A stretch of 54,823 bases of DNA, taken from Patescibacteria group bacterium (GTDB lineage: Bacteria; Patescibacteriota; Minisyncoccia; Phycocordibacterales; UBA1006). The notes below the pieces were generated by a model. That model was not told the origin of the DNA and made no database searches. It saw only the letters and a program-made list of their open reading frames with translations. The stretch spans positions 1 to 54,823 of the forward strand of contig JAQBQS010000005.1 of assembly GCA_028286885.1 (NCBI GenBank). Reading direction: 5' to 3'. The position numbers were made by a program, and so were the translations under genes. Shown piece by piece: positions 52,752-54,823 of this stretch. Position 1 is the stretch's first letter. Each line of letters opens with the position of its first letter.

Positions 52752-54823
52752 TCACGACACGAGCGATAAAGATTCGACGATTATGCCCGAGAGTTTCTCG
52801 TACATTTTTTTAGCAGCGCTCTGTTTTGCAGAAAAATTATTCGGAGCAGTATTTCCTTTCTCTTCATACGCCATACCTTTGAATGCTAATCTGCAAACTG
52901 ACGTGGCCTTGTATCCTTTTGAATAACCGCCGATTAATCTATATGAAACTACTGCAGTGTACTTGTCTGCAAAAAAACGAATTGCTAAAGTATAGTCATC
53001 GTTTTTGACCTCCGGAAGTTCCCATACGTTTTTAGAAACAACTTGCAGGGGCTTTGGCTTTATAGAACCTGCAGGAAGCAAGATTTCATCCTTCATCTCT
53101 GCAAGTTTTTGATACATAACTTTTGCGGCATTCCTTTTTGCAATTTTATGAGTTGATGCAAACTCCCCTTCCAATGCGTATTCTGTTCCGTTTAAAGAAA
53201 CATAACAGGTTGCAAATCTCATGATCTGTTTTCCTATCGGCTTCTCTTGGAAATCAAATCTCATGGTACCGCGTTTCTTAATGACAAAATCGTTTATCAC
53301 CGAAATATAGTTGTCATTTTCGACAGCAGGCAAATCATCAAATTTCCGCACTCCTCTTTCAAGCAGTCCTAATATGAGTCCTCGAATCGAACCTTTGTGA
53401 CGAGAGAGCTCTGAAAGAACCACTGTTTGATAGTCTTCCGTATGCCTTATAAACTCTTTAGCAAAGGCAAAAGTGTCGCCGAGCTTTTTATCGAAGAATT
53501 CTTGCCTGAGCTTCTCTATCCATGAAGTTCTCAAATCGTCCCCCGGCAGAAATGCCCGCGACATGTAGTTAGCCAAGATAACCAGATTTTGTTCTGAATA
53601 CTTGACTGGCGTACTAACGCGCATAATCTCCACTTCGTTGAAGTACGTCACTGTTTCCTGGGTCAGCATGAGCTTCTCATAATTCCAACCTGCCGGATAC
53701 TCGACTGTCTGCATAAGTTCAGGAGCAAGCTCCGAGAGCCATGCAGGATCAATCGCCGTGCAATGGGTAAGTATCGGAATAATAGCAGTTCCCTCCTCGG
53801 ATTTCTTGGGTACCGGAATGTCGTAAGGAATACCTACGATCAATTGCGGATAGTCTCCGCGATTGATCAGGCTCTCCTTCGAGAGGAACCGCACGTCTCT
53901 TCCCACATACTTGTTTTTCTGGCCGCCGTAGCGATACACATGATAGATCATTCCCGCTGCGATGCATTTAAGCACTTCGGAATCATCGTTAGCATATTCG
54001 TTGTATTCGGGACCCGTGTGATATCCCATTTTATGCAAGAGGAAAACGAGCTTCTGCCTGATATCAACAGCTTCCAGATAGGATTTCCTTTCAATTCCAT
54101 GATGCTGAAGAGTTGTAATATCCTGATAGCCAAATTCCCATAAATCATACTCGGCAAGCAGGTCTGAATCGTATTGCTTGTCCGACGGAACGGCTTCGCT
54201 CCATTCTTTGACGAATTCGGGATAATCACGATTTTTTGATCGCGTCAGCTTGATCGATCTTTTAACGGTACTAAGGATAGCGGCAAACGTTAAAACTCTT
54301 GTCAGGCATTTGCGCTTCACGCCTTCCAAGATCATTCTTCCAAGCATTACTGATGTCGGAAAAAGTCTCAATTGGCGTCCAAGCTCGGTAATCGCTCCCT
54401 CCGAATCCAAGGCCCCTATGGTGACAAGCATCTTTTTGGATTCTTGCAACAAGACGGGATCAAGCGGATGGAAGAAATGAAGATTCAAAGATTCAAGACC
54501 AGATGTTGCAATAGCCAAGGTAAGCTTGTCGATGCACTTTTCGTAGATCTCAGGCTCTCCATAATCAGGAAGCTCTTCATAAGGAACGTCGCTGCAAAGG
54601 ACATACGCTCCTTCTTTCGTTCTTCCCGCTTTGCTCGATCGCCTCTGGATGGCGGTTTTTGGTAGATGCTTTTTGACGAGCCTCTCGACGGCGTTTACCA
54701 GCTCCAGCTTCGTTTGAAGGCCGGAATCGATAATGCAATCGACGTTTGGAATTACCAACGACTGTGCTATGTCCGTTGCCAGAATCAGCACGGGCTTGCC
54801 ATACGTTTGAAAAATCTTAACCT
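52752..54823 (-). CDS. HrpA-like DEAH helicase, C-terminal part (5' end beyond the window), with two dsRBD-like domains
   Basis: Frame open to the window edge; ATDIAQSLVIPNVDCIIDSG, KAGRTKEG, HA2 region (LGALD..G.ITELGRQLRLFP), OB, two alpha-beta3-alpha repeats ending AKRNAA/AKQSAA. Confidence 0.85.
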   Translation of the reverse strand, partial: VKIFQTYGKPVLILATDIAQSLVIPNVDCIIDSGLQTKLELVNAVERLVKKHLPKTAIQRRSSKAGRTKEGAYVLCSDVPYEELPDYGEPEIYEKCIDKLTLAIATSGLESLNLHFFHPLDPVLLQESKKMLVTIGALDSEGAITELGRQLRLFPTSVMLGRMILEGVKRKCLTRVLTFAAILSTVKRSIKLTRSKNRDYPEFVKEWSEAVPSDKQYDSDLLAEYDLWEFGYQDITTLQHHGIERKSYLEAVDIRQKLVFLLHKMGYHTGPEYNEYANDDSEVLKCIAAGMIYHVYRYGGQKNKYVGRDVRFLSKESLINRGDYPQLIVGIPYDIPVPKKSEEGTAIIPILTHCTAIDPAWLSELAPELMQTVEYPAGWNYEKLMLTQETVTYFNEVEIMRVSTPVKYSEQNLVILANYMSRAFLPGDDLRTSWIEKLRQEFFDKKLGDTFAFAKEFIRHTEDYQTVVLSELSRHKGSIRGLILGLLERGVRKFDDLPAVENDNYISVINDFVIKKRGTMRFDFQEKPIGKQIMRFATCYVSLNGTEYALEGEFASTHKIAKRNAAKVMYQKLAEMKDEILLPAGSIKPKPLQVVSKNVWELPEVKNDDYTLAIRFFADKYTAVVSYRLIGGYSKGYKATSVCRLAFKGMAYEEKGNTAPNNFSAKQSAAKKMYEKLSGIIVESLSLVS

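Noticed and set aside
1-54823. CRISPR array or cas genes
   Set aside because: No run of equal-length repeats with unique spacers; the Cas4-like nuclease is a domain of the UvrD protein
1-54823. Many long antisense or overlapping ORFs in the track (e.g. 4058..4834+, 4072..4890+, 5263..5910+, 9289..10032+, 17602..18426-, 37474..38124+)
   Set aside because: Shadows of well-supported genes on the opposite strand, with no recognisable motifs
1-54823. Alternative genetic code (TGA recoding as in Gracilibacteria/SR1)
   Set aside because: Conserved genes are full length in code 11, and TGA serves as a stop (e.g. rnc, HD, VOC with ATGA overlaps)

Overview
A 54.8-kb chromosomal segment of a reduced-genome bacterium, most likely Patescibacteria/CPR (Parcubacteria-like). 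The assignment is inferred from the absence of Shine-Dalgarno motifs, a short SMC, a split transketolase, a Cys-free L32 and many orphan genes; standard code 11 fits throughout. Housekeeping genes include rnr, smc, rnc, a nusB-Nudix fusion, rpmF, rnhB, dnaE, thrS, gyrB, a DEAD-box helicase, gap, a UvrD-nuclease, mutY, mscL, msrB and dapD. There is a non-oxidative pentose-phosphate/nucleotide-scavenging cluster (tal, pfkB, tktA/B, rpe, rpiB, HD, MazG-like, DUF2090 aldolase-like). Many single orphan genes sit between hairpin terminators and sigma70-type promoters. No CRISPR array, rRNA, transposase or integrase is visible. Best leads: (1) a tandem pair of integrase-less 1.37-kb and 1.25-kb cassettes at the 3' end of tRNA-Ser(GGA), whose junctions read as attL / attR-attL hybrid / attR around a CCGC core; (2) a ~195-nt promoter-to-terminator transcript upstream of rnc, with no ATG/GTG-started ORF of useful length and two covarying copies of one RNA motif; (3) a DEAH helicase with two C-terminal dsRBD-like domains; (4) locally duplicated terminator hairpins with conserved stems and variable loops that bracket orphan genes. 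All calls were made by eye, without database searches.
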